Assembly: GCA_020343655.1 (NCBI GenBank)
Contig: CP070805.1
Span: forward strand, 1,955,145 to 2,019,144
DNA from: Promethearchaeota archaeon
GTDB taxonomy: Archaea; Asgardarchaeota; Lokiarchaeia; Sigyniarchaeales; SOKP01
DNA length: 64,000 nucleotides
Reading direction: 5' to 3'
In this document: positions 10,517 through 20,778 of the stretch, one piece after another
Layout of the letters: each line of letters starts with the position of its first letter
Numbering within the stretch: position 1 is the first letter of the stretch
Notes under the pieces: generated by a model
Database searches by the model: none
Told to the model about the DNA's origin: nothing
What the model saw: the letters and a program-made list of their open reading frames with translations, nothing else
Translations under genes and position numbers: made by a program

Positions 10517-10711
10517 TAATTTTCTCTAGATTAATATTAAATTATTTAGTAAAAAACCAAATTTACATTAATTTATGGGATTTTATCAAAATTCAAAATC
10601 TTATTTCTAGTTTCCCTTATTATAAATATATTAATTAGATTTTAACAACAATAAACTTTTCTTTGTAATTAATATTTTTTAATATAAACAAAATAATTAA
10701 ATTGAATTTTT

Positions 10712-12316
10712 ATGAAAAAAATTAGAAGAGCAATTTTTAGTGTCTATGATAAGAGCGGCATTATTGAATTTGCTAAAGTGTTAAATTATGAATTTGGAGT
10801 TGAAATTTTATCTACTGGCGGTACCGGTCAATTATTGGAAAGAAATAAAATAAAATATACAAAAATTTCTGATTTTACTGAGTCACCAGAGATGTTTGAT
10901 GGTAGAATTAAAACATTACATCCAAAAATTGGAGGCGGTATTTTATATCGTAGAGGTTTAAAGAAAGATATTGATGACGCTAATAAATATAATATTAAAC
11001 CTATTGATATGGTTGTTTGTAATTTATACCAATTTAAAGAAGCAATTGAAAAACCAGGTATAGCGCTTGATGATGCATTAGAAATGATAGATATCGGAGG
11101 ACCAACGATGATTCGCGCTGCAGCGAAAAATTTTCCTGACGTTATCGTGGTCCCAAGCCCAGAATATTATGAGGAAATTATTGAAGAACTCAGAGAAAAT
11201 AAGGGAGCTATTACTGAAAGATCTCGAATTATCCTCGCACAAGACGTATTTTCAATCATGGCAGATTATAATGCTGCGATAGCCAACTATCTCCAAAAAT
11301 ATTATAATCCAGAAGCTTTATTACCAAATACAATGATAAAAGTATATGAAAAGATACAAGATTGTAGATATGGAGAAAATTGGGATCAAGTAGCAGCTTA
11401 TTATAATGACACTTCCGCTAAGTATGGTCTTCATAATTTAAAAAAACTTGGTGGGAAAGAAATCTCTTTTAACAATTATTTGGATATTGATTCCTGTATG
11501 CAAATTCTTCTAGATTTTGGTGCTGAGCATTATGTTACGGCAATTTTAAAGCATACCAGTCCTAATGGAGTAGCAATTGATAAAAAAAATCAGTTAACAT
11601 CGGTAAAAAAAGCATTCAATACAGATCCTTTATCTGCTTTTGGAGGAATCTGGGGAGTTAATAAAGAATTGAAAAAAGAAGTAGCTGATTTTATCATTAA
11701 TAAGGAAAAAATTTTTATAGACGTTATAATGGCACCTTCCTTTGAACAAGAGGCTCTAGAAATATTAAAACAAAAGGAAAATTTAATTATTATAGATTAT
11801 AAAGATTTACTTGATAAAAGAAATGATATATATAAAAACCTAGAAATTAGAGGAGTATTGGGGGGAATTCTCGTTCAAGAATATGATAGTAAACCAGTTA
11901 TCAAAGAATGGAATGTAGTAAGTAGAAAAAAAGTAAATGATCTTCAAAAGGAAGCTCTTATTTTTGCTTACAAAATTTCAAAATGGGCGAAATCGAATTC
12001 AGCATGTTTTGCTCAAATTTATGATAATGGAGTTTATACAATTGGAATTGGTGCTGGACAACAGAGCAGAGTTCATGTGGTTAAATTAGCAGCTCAAAAA
12101 GCAGTTGAATTTGGCCACAAAGAAGAATTAAAAAATTCATTTATGGGAACAGATTCCTTCTTTCCTTTCCCTGATGGTCTAGAAGCGGCTGTAGAAGTTG
12201 GAACAACAGCTATTATAAACCCAGGCGGATCGATTAGAGATGAAGCTGTCATCAAACGTGCTGACGAATTAGGCTGTGCTTTAGTGTTTTGTGGCAAAAG
12301 AGTTTTTCGACATTAG
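10712..12316 (+). CDS. purH: Bifunctional AICAR transformylase / IMP cyclohydrolase
   Basis: SVYDK, STGGT, GRIKTLHP, IDIGGPTMIRAAAKN, KHTSP, GIGAGQQSR, DSFFPFPD, RVFRH. Confidence 0.96.
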   Translation: MKKIRRAIFSVYDKSGIIEFAKVLNYEFGVEILSTGGTGQLLERNKIKYTKISDFTESPEMFDGRIKTLHPKIGGGILYRRGLKKDIDDANKYNIKPIDMVVCNLYQFKEAIEKPGIALDDALEMIDIGGPTMIRAAAKNFPDVIVVPSPEYYEEIIEELRENKGAITERSRIILAQDVFSIMADYNAAIANYLQKYYNPEALLPNTMIKVYEKIQDCRYGENWDQVAAYYNDTSAKYGLHNLKKLGGKEISFNNYLDIDSCMQILLDFGAEHYVTAILKHTSPNGVAIDKKNQLTSVKKAFNTDPLSAFGGIWGVNKELKKEVADFIINKEKIFIDVIMAPSFEQEALEILKQKENLIIIDYKDLLDKRNDIYKNLEIRGVLGGILVQEYDSKPVIKEWNVVSRKKVNDLQKEALIFAYKISKWAKSNSACFAQIYDNGVYTIGIGAGQQSRVHVVKLAAQKAVEFGHKEELKNSFMGTDSFFPFPDGLEAAVEVGTTAIINPGGSIRDEAVIKRADELGCALVFCGKRVFRH

Positions 12317-12533
12317 AATAATATTAATATTCATTAATTTTTTATTAAACTTGGCTTTAAATTTTGTTAAAAACCTCTTTTCTAATTCTTTTCTTTTTTG
12401 GATAAAAAAAGTTTATAAAGTTCTAGACATAATTTTATTATACTTAAAAAAATCAATTAAACTTTTTAAATTAATATTTTAAATGAGGAGACTATATCTA
12501 ATTGTATTTTAGTAAGGGGGAAATCTGTTAAAT

Positions 12534-12827
12534 ATGGATTTTTTTCAGAAGAATTTAAAGGATACACTTGAAGCGATAAATAAATTAATAGATAACAATG
12601 TAACCATTGTAAATACTAAAAGGATTAGAAGATGCTACAATATTAAATCTTCAAATCGCTCTAAGATTAATTTCATTTGGAGAGCTCTAAAATATTGTGA
12701 AAAAGAAGGAATTTTAACCCTAAATGGGGTAACAAATCCTAAAACTTACAAAATTATGATAAAGGAAAAAATTGATGTTGACAATTTGCTTTCCCAAATC
12801 GATAAGAACAAAAAAAATGAATCTTAA
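12534..12827 (+). CDS. Small basic hypothetical protein, possible winged helix
   Basis: 97 aa with AAGGGGG upstream; IWRALKYCEKEGILTL...PKTYKI resembles recognition helix plus wing. Confidence 0.6.
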   Translation: MDFFQKNLKDTLEAINKLIDNNVTIVNTKRIRRCYNIKSSNRSKINFIWRALKYCEKEGILTLNGVTNPKTYKIMIKEKIDVDNLLSQIDKNKKNES

Positions 12828-15550
12828 GTCAAGTCTAGCTCCTCTAACAAATCATTCAACTTATTTTCTGATTCCTTATCATTCATATTGTTTATCAAAC
12901 GTTTTTGGTAAAATATTAAACTTGGATATTTTAATTCGAGTTTATTAAATCTTCTTATCCATGTTTTAAAGTTATTTAAATATTCATGTACTTCAGGGTC
13001 TTCATCTAAAGCTTTAATCTCTTTTTTGTTTTCTTTAGTAAAAAGATTCTTATATTTTTTTATACTAATCCCTTGATCTCTTAATAATTTTTTATTAGCT
13101 CTATAAATAAATTCTTCTAAACCATTTCTCCAACTAACATATTTTTCATTAATTTTATCGATAGTTTCTTGAATGACTTTTATCTCTTGGGGAAAAATAG
13201 TTTCTGTCTTCTTAATTAATATGTTCTTTATTTTTTGAAATTCAATTTCAAACTTATTAGTGTAATTGCTAACCATCTTCTCAAATTCGAAGAGAACTGT
13301 ATTATAATCTTTAGCAAATATAACTTCGTCACTAGAAAAAGTTAATGATTCTTCATCGAAATTCCCTTTGATCTTCTTATTTTTTATTAAATTATCAAAG
13401 ATTTCTCTTATCAATTCAATCTCTGATTGATTCAAATCTTTACCGTAAAATAAATCATGAAAAGAAAATAGAAAACTATTTTCCAACATCAAGTTGCGAA
13501 TTCCTCGCTCGGTATAAAAAAGAATCTCTCCATCATTTTCATAAAAAATTCCCTTTAATTTTTCTTCACTTAATAAATCATTAATTAAATCTTCAATTAG
13601 ACTTGGAGGAATATCATAAGTGCCTAAAGATATATAATCATCAGATTTTGATTTATCAATTAAAATATACTTGATTTCATTCTTTGCTTCTTCAATTTTT
13701 TCAGGTTTAAATATTAGCAAATCTGCTTTTTTAAAATACGAGACACCCGTATCATCAATAAGTTTCATGAAAACATCTATATCCGTTCCAGTTTTTTCAA
13801 GGTATTCGCTAATTTTTATCTTTTCTTTTTGTTTTATCTCTTCAGCAATTAATTGTAAGTTTTCATTGATTTTAGCTAAAAAATGATTTTTGTCAATATT
13901 AAGCTCCTTAGAAATTCTATCAATTTGGTCAAATTTTTCTTTTTCGTCAGAGATTTTGCTAATCACATTGATTTTATCTTTTAAATATTTAGAGTAATAG
14001 AAAATATTATTTTTCTTATTCCAAATCCCACTTCTATAATCTATTAATTGATCGAAAACATCTAAAAGTAGAATATCGTTTATATTTAGTTTTTCTGAAA
14101 TTTTAGTTATATTAAAATAGCCCACAATTTTAGAGTTTTTAACTTCATTTGTAACTTTCTGTGTGCCTAGATTAGTTAGCCACTGCGTACCTTTATGAAA
14201 TTTTGATAAGTATTCTCTTGGTATATTTTTTATTAATTTTATGAATTCCTCTTCTAATAAAATCTCACGAAATTGTTTCAAATCTACGATATTTTCTTTT
14301 GCTGCTTCCAAATTAATTTTATTTTGAATATCTTTTAATGAGAAATATTTTTCTTGATTTTTACTCTTTAAAAACTTTTGTCCAGTAGATTTGGAAATAT
14401 CCTTGATAATTATATCAATAAAATTTTGTGGTAGGAAATTATAACTCTTTAGTTCTATATAACCATTTAATTGTAAATCATCTAAGAAATTGGCTTTTAT
14501 ATAATTATATGGGTAAAAAAATCCAATATTAGAATAATAACCATTAATTATTTGTAATTTAATTAATGTTTTTACAAAAATCTTTAATTCTGGGACATTA
14601 TCTATAATTTGAGAAAAATTTTTAAGAATTATTCTAGCAGACATTTTACTTCCTTCGTCGAAAAATCTTTTTAATTTAGATTTTTCTAGCTCATAAATAT
14701 AAATTAAGTTCTCCTTCGTTTTTATATAGAAATAAACTTTTTTATCCTTAAGATTTGATTTAGCAAGTATTTTTAGATATTCTTTTAAATTTATGCTCGA
14801 ATTCTTACTAAATTCAGTGAAATTGTGTTTTTTCATTAAAAATTGATTTTCTAATAAGTTTATTACATTTTTAACTTCTTGATTCTCCAGATCAAATTCT
14901 TTAAGTGAGGGAAAAAATTTTTTGATTTGAATTATTAATTTAACAAAAAGTTTAGATGTTCTTTTATTTTCAAATGATTTAATTAGAGATTTTGAAATAT
15001 TTCTAAAATGATATATTTGATCAAAATTTAAATCTTCACAGTAATCTAGAAAATTTAATAGAGAAATGATATTATCCTCGTTTTCTTCTATTATTAGACT
15101 TTCTAATATAATATCTATATCGGAATTTACTAAAAATGCTTTTCTTTTAACTAATTCTAGCAGAAAATAATGACCGTTATTCCTAATATCTTTAGATTTA
15201 TCTTTTAGAAATTTTACAAATTCGTGCAAATATTTCTCAAGATATTTTGAATTTGCTAACATTGCAAACCCAATTATTATCAATGAATTAATTTTTAACT
15301 TCACGTTTTCAGACTGAAGAAAAACTTCAATCTTTTGTAATAATCCTTCCGAAATGAGTTCTATCCTATTCTCTGATAAAATTGATAATATGTATGTTAT
15401 AGGTACAGTAAGTTCCTGTTGATCTAATAAACCTTCAAGTTCATTAACTATTTTTGATATTTTATCAGTTTTATTCTTGCTTAGATATTTGTTAAGTTTA
15501 TCAAGTTTTTCAAGAATTAGATTATTTTCAAATTCTTCAAGATTAAACAT
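12824..15550 (-). CDS. HEAT/ARM-like N-terminus followed by tandem winged-helix (PCI/UFL1-like) repeats
   Basis: 908 aa; HEAT-like FLQSENVKLKINSL, FLKDKSKDIRNNG; repeated units such as LIKLQIINGYY, LLSEEKLKGIF, LIKNKKIKGNFD. Confidence 0.6.
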   Translation of the reverse strand: MFNLEEFENNLILEKLDKLNKYLSKNKTDKISKIVNELEGLLDQQELTVPITYILSILSENRIELISEGLLQKIEVFLQSENVKLKINSLIIIGFAMLANSKYLEKYLHEFVKFLKDKSKDIRNNGHYFLLELVKRKAFLVNSDIDIILESLIIEENEDNIISLLNFLDYCEDLNFDQIYHFRNISKSLIKSFENKRTSKLFVKLIIQIKKFFPSLKEFDLENQEVKNVINLLENQFLMKKHNFTEFSKNSSINLKEYLKILAKSNLKDKKVYFYIKTKENLIYIYELEKSKLKRFFDEGSKMSARIILKNFSQIIDNVPELKIFVKTLIKLQIINGYYSNIGFFYPYNYIKANFLDDLQLNGYIELKSYNFLPQNFIDIIIKDISKSTGQKFLKSKNQEKYFSLKDIQNKINLEAAKENIVDLKQFREILLEEEFIKLIKNIPREYLSKFHKGTQWLTNLGTQKVTNEVKNSKIVGYFNITKISEKLNINDILLLDVFDQLIDYRSGIWNKKNNIFYYSKYLKDKINVISKISDEKEKFDQIDRISKELNIDKNHFLAKINENLQLIAEEIKQKEKIKISEYLEKTGTDIDVFMKLIDDTGVSYFKKADLLIFKPEKIEEAKNEIKYILIDKSKSDDYISLGTYDIPPSLIEDLINDLLSEEKLKGIFYENDGEILFYTERGIRNLMLENSFLFSFHDLFYGKDLNQSEIELIREIFDNLIKNKKIKGNFDEESLTFSSDEVIFAKDYNTVLFEFEKMVSNYTNKFEIEFQKIKNILIKKTETIFPQEIKVIQETIDKINEKYVSWRNGLEEFIYRANKKLLRDQGISIKKYKNLFTKENKKEIKALDEDPEVHEYLNNFKTWIRRFNKLELKYPSLIFYQKRLINNMNDKESENKLNDLLEELDLT

Positions 15551-15569
15551 ATTTCATGTAATTGAGTGT

Positions 15570-16295
15570 TTAATCCAATAAGAATTTTTTGAATTGTTCA
15601 ATTTCTAATATGTTCTTAATATCTGGGAGTAAAAAGGTAGGATTAGATTTTTCTAAATCTTCTTTTGTACCATGACCAGAGAGTAAAGCAATACTATTGA
15701 TATTTGCATTCTTAGCACATTCAATATCTGCCGGAAGATCACCAATATAATAAACATTATCTTTATTTATTGAATGATTGACTTTTTGCTTAAATTTAAT
15801 TAAGGATGATATTATCGGGTATGGATTAGGTTTTCTATAGGGAGTCTCATCACGGGAAATAAATACAGAAAAAAATTTATCTAAATTTAATTTCTGTCTA
15901 AAAATATTTAATCTTCTTTTACTAGTGTTGGAGACAATTCCTAATTCAAATCCACCTTTTTTAAGTTTTTTCAAAACTTCTTTTAGATTAGGTTTTAAAC
16001 TTTCAAACTGTTCATAATTCGGATACATACGTTTAAATTTTATAAAAAATAAATTTCGCTTCCAAATATTTGGTATAATAGGTTTGTAGACTTTATTAAT
16101 TTGTCTTAATGCCAATAATCGATTTTTTGAATCTGATTCCTCAAAAAGTCTCGCAAAATCTATTAATCTCATATTTTCTATGTTTTTCCATCCATAAAAT
16201 CTTTTTTTGATTAACTTAGATGCTGTATATTCAAGAGATTTTTGAGTAATTATAACCCCATCAAAGTCAAAAAGTAATATTGGTGGATGAGACAT
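15570..16295 (-). CDS. HAD family hydrolase (phosphoglycolate phosphatase-like)
   Basis: FDFDG, IVSN, KPNP, YIGDLPADIECA. Confidence 0.92.
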   Translation of the reverse strand: MSHPPILLFDFDGVIITQKSLEYTASKLIKKRFYGWKNIENMRLIDFARLFEESDSKNRLLALRQINKVYKPIIPNIWKRNLFFIKFKRMYPNYEQFESLKPNLKEVLKKLKKGGFELGIVSNTSKRRLNIFRQKLNLDKFFSVFISRDETPYRKPNPYPIISSLIKFKQKVNHSINKDNVYYIGDLPADIECAKNANINSIALLSGHGTKEDLEKSNPTFLLPDIKNILEIEQFKKFLLD

Positions 16296-16394
16296 CAGTG
16301 AATTTTAAAGTACTATTTTACAAATAAAGTTATCCATATTTGTTTTAACATTAAAAAAAATAAAAAATTAAAAAAAATTGATTTATTTCAATTT

Positions 16395-17063
16395 TTATTG
16401 ATCAATTTCATCTGGTTCAACTGACACGTGAGAAAGCAACCAATCAAGATGCTGTTCTTTTTTATTGATATTGAGCACAGTGGGTAATATCATTACTTCA
16501 TCTGCTTTCCCTGGCATTATTGTCAGGCGCCCAGCGCGAAGCATGAAGAATTCAAAAACATCAGGAATCTCTTTTTTAAATCGCAAACTTTTTACTGGAA
16601 ATCGCTCAGCCGAACTAAAGATACCTGTTTTATGAATAATTTCGTTTCTTTCGATTTTATAGTATTCAAACCTTGTGCTAAGTACTATAATCCCTAATAT
16701 AAATGCTAATATCAAAGTCATTAATAGATAAAATTCATGAGATAATGCTAGATTGAGTTCAATTCCTGTGAGTGAAAAGGAATAATACGGTAAAACTAAA
16801 AAAACTACAATTAAAACAACTATTACTATAGCCAATATTAGTACAAAGAATTTAGTTGAAGAGAAATCAAATGCAGTTACAAAAATATTTACAAAAAACA
16901 CAATGAACCAAATGTATCCTAATACCACGCTAGGGGGTGTGAATAATTGAATTAACCAGAGAAAAAAAGATGCGATAAGCAAAGGAAAGAAGAAGATTAC
17001 TTTTGGATAAGAGCGAATAAATATTTCACTTGGGTGCTTAACTGGTTTTTTTTGTTCAGACAT
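16395..17063 (-). CDS. 4TM membrane protein with C-terminal soluble (bacterial PH-like) domain
   Basis: Four hydrophobic segments, then YYKIERNEIIHKTGIF...AGRLTI beta-rich region. Confidence 0.6.
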   Translation of the reverse strand: MSEQKKPVKHPSEIFIRSYPKVIFFFPLLIASFFLWLIQLFTPPSVVLGYIWFIVFFVNIFVTAFDFSSTKFFVLILAIVIVVLIVVFLVLPYYSFSLTGIELNLALSHEFYLLMTLILAFILGIIVLSTRFEYYKIERNEIIHKTGIFSSAERFPVKSLRFKKEIPDVFEFFMLRAGRLTIMPGKADEVMILPTVLNINKKEQHLDWLLSHVSVEPDEIDQ

Positions 17064-17235
17064 TATAAAATTTCACTATTTATTTTTTTTTAATTTAAAG
17101 AGGATTATAAAAATAATAGATAGATGTGTTATTTAAATATTAGTATCTTTTAGATTTAATTTTTAAGTTAATTGAAGAGATTTTATTTATTATTAATACT
17201 TAAATCTCTCAGAATTACTAATTTTTTTAGAATAG

Positions 17236-17985
17236 CTAATAAAAGGAACTAATAGATTGTATCATTCTATAAGAAAATGCAATTTGTTCGTTGCCCTGAT
17301 TACTAATTCCCATATGTCCTGGAAGGAGATATTTTACATCCAAATTATTCACATACTTTATCGAATTGACTAATGCATTTAATGATCCTCCTGGAAAATC
17401 ATACCTTCCAAAACTTCCTCCAGTAAAAACCAAATCCCCCGGAATTAATAACTTATTTGTAAAATCATAATAGCATATTGATCCGAGAGAATGACCTGGA
17501 GTATAATGAATTTGAAAATTAAAGTCTGGGGAAACTTTTACATTATTCGAATTAATTAGTTCATTAACTTTTAAAGGAATAATCTCGATTCCAAACATTG
17601 TGAGATCTATACCTAGTATATCTGGACAAATCTGAGATTTTTCTCCTTTTTCCAAAATTTTAACAGTTTCACCAAAAGCATAAATCTCAGGCGGATTCTC
17701 TTTCAATTTTACCATTAATGGGTACAAACCTAAGACATGATCGATATGTTCATGAGTTAAAAACACTCTTGTAATATTAGAAGGATCAAGGTTAAATTTT
17801 TCCATGCCTTTAAATAAACCTTTAAGTGACATACCATTTCCCGCATCAAATAGAGCTAATTCATCTGTATTCGAATCTTCAATGACATATTGATTACAAT
17901 CTAGCATTTGATTTTCTGAAAAATAATAGAGATTTTTAATTACTTTTTTACCCCTTTTTTCAGATTCACTTCCAGAAAAGAACAT
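17236..17985 (-). CDS. MBL-fold metallo-hydrolase (glyoxalase II-like)
   Basis: THEHIDH, TPGHSLGS, GDLVF, PGH. Confidence 0.92.
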   Translation of the reverse strand: MFFSGSESEKRGKKVIKNLYYFSENQMLDCNQYVIEDSNTDELALFDAGNGMSLKGLFKGMEKFNLDPSNITRVFLTHEHIDHVLGLYPLMVKLKENPPEIYAFGETVKILEKGEKSQICPDILGIDLTMFGIEIIPLKVNELINSNNVKVSPDFNFQIHYTPGHSLGSICYYDFTNKLLIPGDLVFTGGSFGRYDFPGGSLNALVNSIKYVNNLDVKYLLPGHMGISNQGNEQIAFSYRMIQSISSFY

Positions 17986-18100
17986 TGTAATTATTTCAAT
18001 TACATTTAACTTTTTAAAATTAAAAACTTATCCTTATTTTAATTTTTTTCTCTTACAATATCGAATAAATTATTTAATACAAGAGAACCAATTATATATT

Positions 18101-18484
18101 ATGGAATCAAGTGAACCCAATATTGAAAAATCAAAATCTAAAATAAGTTTGGGAATAAAATTTTGGTTAGAATTTGAAAATAGAAGTATTTTGGGTTCTG
18201 GATGGGCGGAGCTGTTAAAAAATATCGAAAAAAACAAAGAAGGGTCGCTAACACAAGCAGCAAAAGAATGCAATTATTCTTATAAGTATGCATGGAATAT
18301 TTTAAAAAGAATAGAGAAAAGAACTAGTATCCCTGTCGTAATAACGGGTAAAGGCGGACGAGGAGGAGGTGGATGGGTAAAACTCAATAATTGGGGTCAA
18401 TATCTCCTAAAAATCTATAATGATTACCTCAAAGAAATAATAAAAATCGAGAAAAAACTCGGAGAGACAATAAGAATTAACTAA
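18101..18484 (+). CDS. ModE-type winged-helix regulator (no molybdate-binding domain)
   Basis: GSLTQAAKECNYSYKYAW, GGRGGGG wing. Confidence 0.85.
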   Translation: MESSEPNIEKSKSKISLGIKFWLEFENRSILGSGWAELLKNIEKNKEGSLTQAAKECNYSYKYAWNILKRIEKRTSIPVVITGKGGRGGGGWVKLNNWGQYLLKIYNDYLKEIIKIEKKLGETIRIN

Positions 18485-18575
18485 TAAATATATTTTAATT
18501 ATAATAATGATTACTTCTCCTAAGGAAATCAGAAATACAATTTTTTCGATAAGTTTCTAACTATGGAGTTTTGAA

Positions 18576-19004
18576 ATGGAAGACAACTTAAAGCATTTAA
18601 GTGAACTAAAAGTATCAAATATCATGATAAAAGATCCACTTTTTACTTTTCCGAATGAAAAAATTAGTACCACTGAACTTTTAATGGTAAGGAAAAATAT
18701 TGGCGGACTTCCGGTTGTTAAAGATGGTAAGAATAAGCAACTTATGGGTATAATTACTCAAAGAGACATACGTCTTGCTAGGTTTGCAATGAACTTAAAA
18801 TCACCAAATACAACTGTTAAGGATTTAATGACACGAGAACCTTATGTTGTAAAAAAGGATGACACATTAATCCGCATATTAGAAATTATGTTTGAGAGAA
18901 AAGTTCAGAGATTACCTGTAGTAAATGAAAATAATGAACTAATTGGCTTAGTTTTACAGAACCAAATTTTAAAAACACTTTATGACTATATGAAAAAAAA
19001 TTAA
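18576..19004 (+). CDS. CBS-pair protein
   Basis: IGGLPVV...GIITQRDI and VQRLPVVNENNELIGLV. Confidence 0.92.
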   Translation: MEDNLKHLSELKVSNIMIKDPLFTFPNEKISTTELLMVRKNIGGLPVVKDGKNKQLMGIITQRDIRLARFAMNLKSPNTTVKDLMTREPYVVKKDDTLIRILEIMFERKVQRLPVVNENNELIGLVLQNQILKTLYDYMKKN

Positions 19005-19102
19005 AAGAATTCTTATTTATAAATTTTATAAAATAATTATAAAAACTGTTAATTTTAGATTATTAATAGAAAATACCAAAAAAAATAATTTATTGATATA
19101 AA

Positions 19103-20626
19103 ATGGCACTACCTTTACCTGGAACACCGATTATAATTGATATCGGTTCCGCATATGTGAAAATCGGATTTGCAGGAGAACCCGGACCAAGATTTGTATT
19201 TCCCTGCATTACTGGAACCGAGAAATATAAATCTGTGATGGTTGATGTAAGTGCTAGAAGTATATATGTTGGAAATGACGTATCTCGTATGCGTGGCGTT
19301 CTTAAAATTAAGCATCCAATAATCCGTGGAGAAATTATGGATTGGGACAGCTACTACGAGATTTTGAATTATATTTTTTATTCATTGCTAAGAATTGAAG
19401 ATCTTTCTATTTATCCTGTTTTCTATTGTGAATCTCCATTCATGCATAAAGAAACTAAGGAATTTATTGCCCGCGTTTTTTTTGAAACACATCAAGTTAG
19501 AAGTCTAATAATGATGCCAACACCTTTATTATCATTATTCAGTGTTGGATTAACGTCAGGGCTAGTTATAGAGTCTGGAGACGGACTTACTTGGATTGTT
19601 CCTATTATAAATGGAACAATAATCCAACATGCGGTTCAGAAACTTCATCTTGCAGGAGTTGACGTTAATCATAATTTGAAAAGTCTTTTAATGAGAGAAG
19701 GTATTAGTATTACCTCTAGCGCCGCGGATGAAATATTACAAGATATAAAAGAAAAAAATTGTTATTTTGTGTTAGATCCTAATAAACCACCAAAAACGGG
19801 AGAGATGTTTAGTGTTCCAATGCCAGATGGTTCAGTAATTAAAGTTCCAACATACATTCTCTTTCAAGCTCCAGAAGTATTATTCAATCCCGGGATGCTG
19901 GGCTATGGAAATGTGATGAATATCCCACAAGGGATAATTGAATGTTTGAGAGGGATTGATAATCATTATTGGCATGATCTTTTATCTCACATTGTATTTT
20001 CAGGAGGTAATCTTTCATATAGTGGTTTTCAAGAACGATTTGAGTCAGAGCTAGATCCACTTCTACCACAATTAGGTAAAATTCCTAAACCAGTTGCACC
20101 CCTTTCTGCTGTTAAAAGTGAATTAATAAAACTCCAAGCCGTAGAAATTTCGAAGAAGAAGGAAGATACTTGCCCACATTGTGGGGCTTTTATCCATCTT
20201 AGCGATGAAATTGAGTTATGTCCTTCTTGTGAGGGCGTATTAGTTCTACCTGAAATAAAAATTAAAACACTAGGAGAAGACAAACAAAAAATAAAAGAAA
20301 TAGGAAAATGTACACATTGTAATAAAGATATTGCTGATACAGAATCATTATTTTGTCCTTATTGTGGAAAACCTATAGACTCTTTTAAAACTGTTGATAA
20401 ACCAGAAGAAATAATAGAAAAAACACCTGCTCAAGAATTTTCTGAATTTATGGAGTCGGCCACTAAGATTCTCAAATTCTTTATACCTGATAATCTTCAA
20501 TTTGCTATTTTTAATGGTGCTGCCATTTTAGGAAGTTTACCTTCATTCCAGCAGCTTTTTATCACATATGACCAATTCCAAACGAATAGAGAATTATTAT
20601 ATCGAGATATTAGCGAGATTCTTTAA
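19103..20626 (+). CDS. Actin-family (Asgard actin-related) protein with inserted zinc ribbons
   Basis: IIDIGSAYVKIGFAGE-PRFVFP, HPIIRGEIMDWD, VIESGDGLT, IKEKNCY, APEVLFNP, SGGN, GAAILGSLPSFQQ; insert with CPHC/CPSC and CTHC/CPYC. Confidence 0.93.
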   Translation: MALPLPGTPIIIDIGSAYVKIGFAGEPGPRFVFPCITGTEKYKSVMVDVSARSIYVGNDVSRMRGVLKIKHPIIRGEIMDWDSYYEILNYIFYSLLRIEDLSIYPVFYCESPFMHKETKEFIARVFFETHQVRSLIMMPTPLLSLFSVGLTSGLVIESGDGLTWIVPIINGTIIQHAVQKLHLAGVDVNHNLKSLLMREGISITSSAADEILQDIKEKNCYFVLDPNKPPKTGEMFSVPMPDGSVIKVPTYILFQAPEVLFNPGMLGYGNVMNIPQGIIECLRGIDNHYWHDLLSHIVFSGGNLSYSGFQERFESELDPLLPQLGKIPKPVAPLSAVKSELIKLQAVEISKKKEDTCPHCGAFIHLSDEIELCPSCEGVLVLPEIKIKTLGEDKQKIKEIGKCTHCNKDIADTESLFCPYCGKPIDSFKTVDKPEEIIEKTPAQEFSEFMESATKILKFFIPDNLQFAIFNGAAILGSLPSFQQLFITYDQFQTNRELLYRDISEIL

Positions 20627-20778
20627 GTAAATAAGAAGGGTCTTATTAATTACTTTTTATCATTAAAATATGGAATGTTAAAATTTTATTTCAAGGTCTT
20701 AAAAGATTTAGTTAATTTTTAATTTCAAGGTAGATTTAAGAAATTAAGTTTTAATTTATCAGAATCAGGTATCTATAA

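Noticed and set aside
12291-12482. 63-aa ORF after purH (similarly 50391..50585)
   Set aside because: F/L/I/K-rich translation of AT-rich intergenic DNA overlapping a neighbouring gene; likely spurious.
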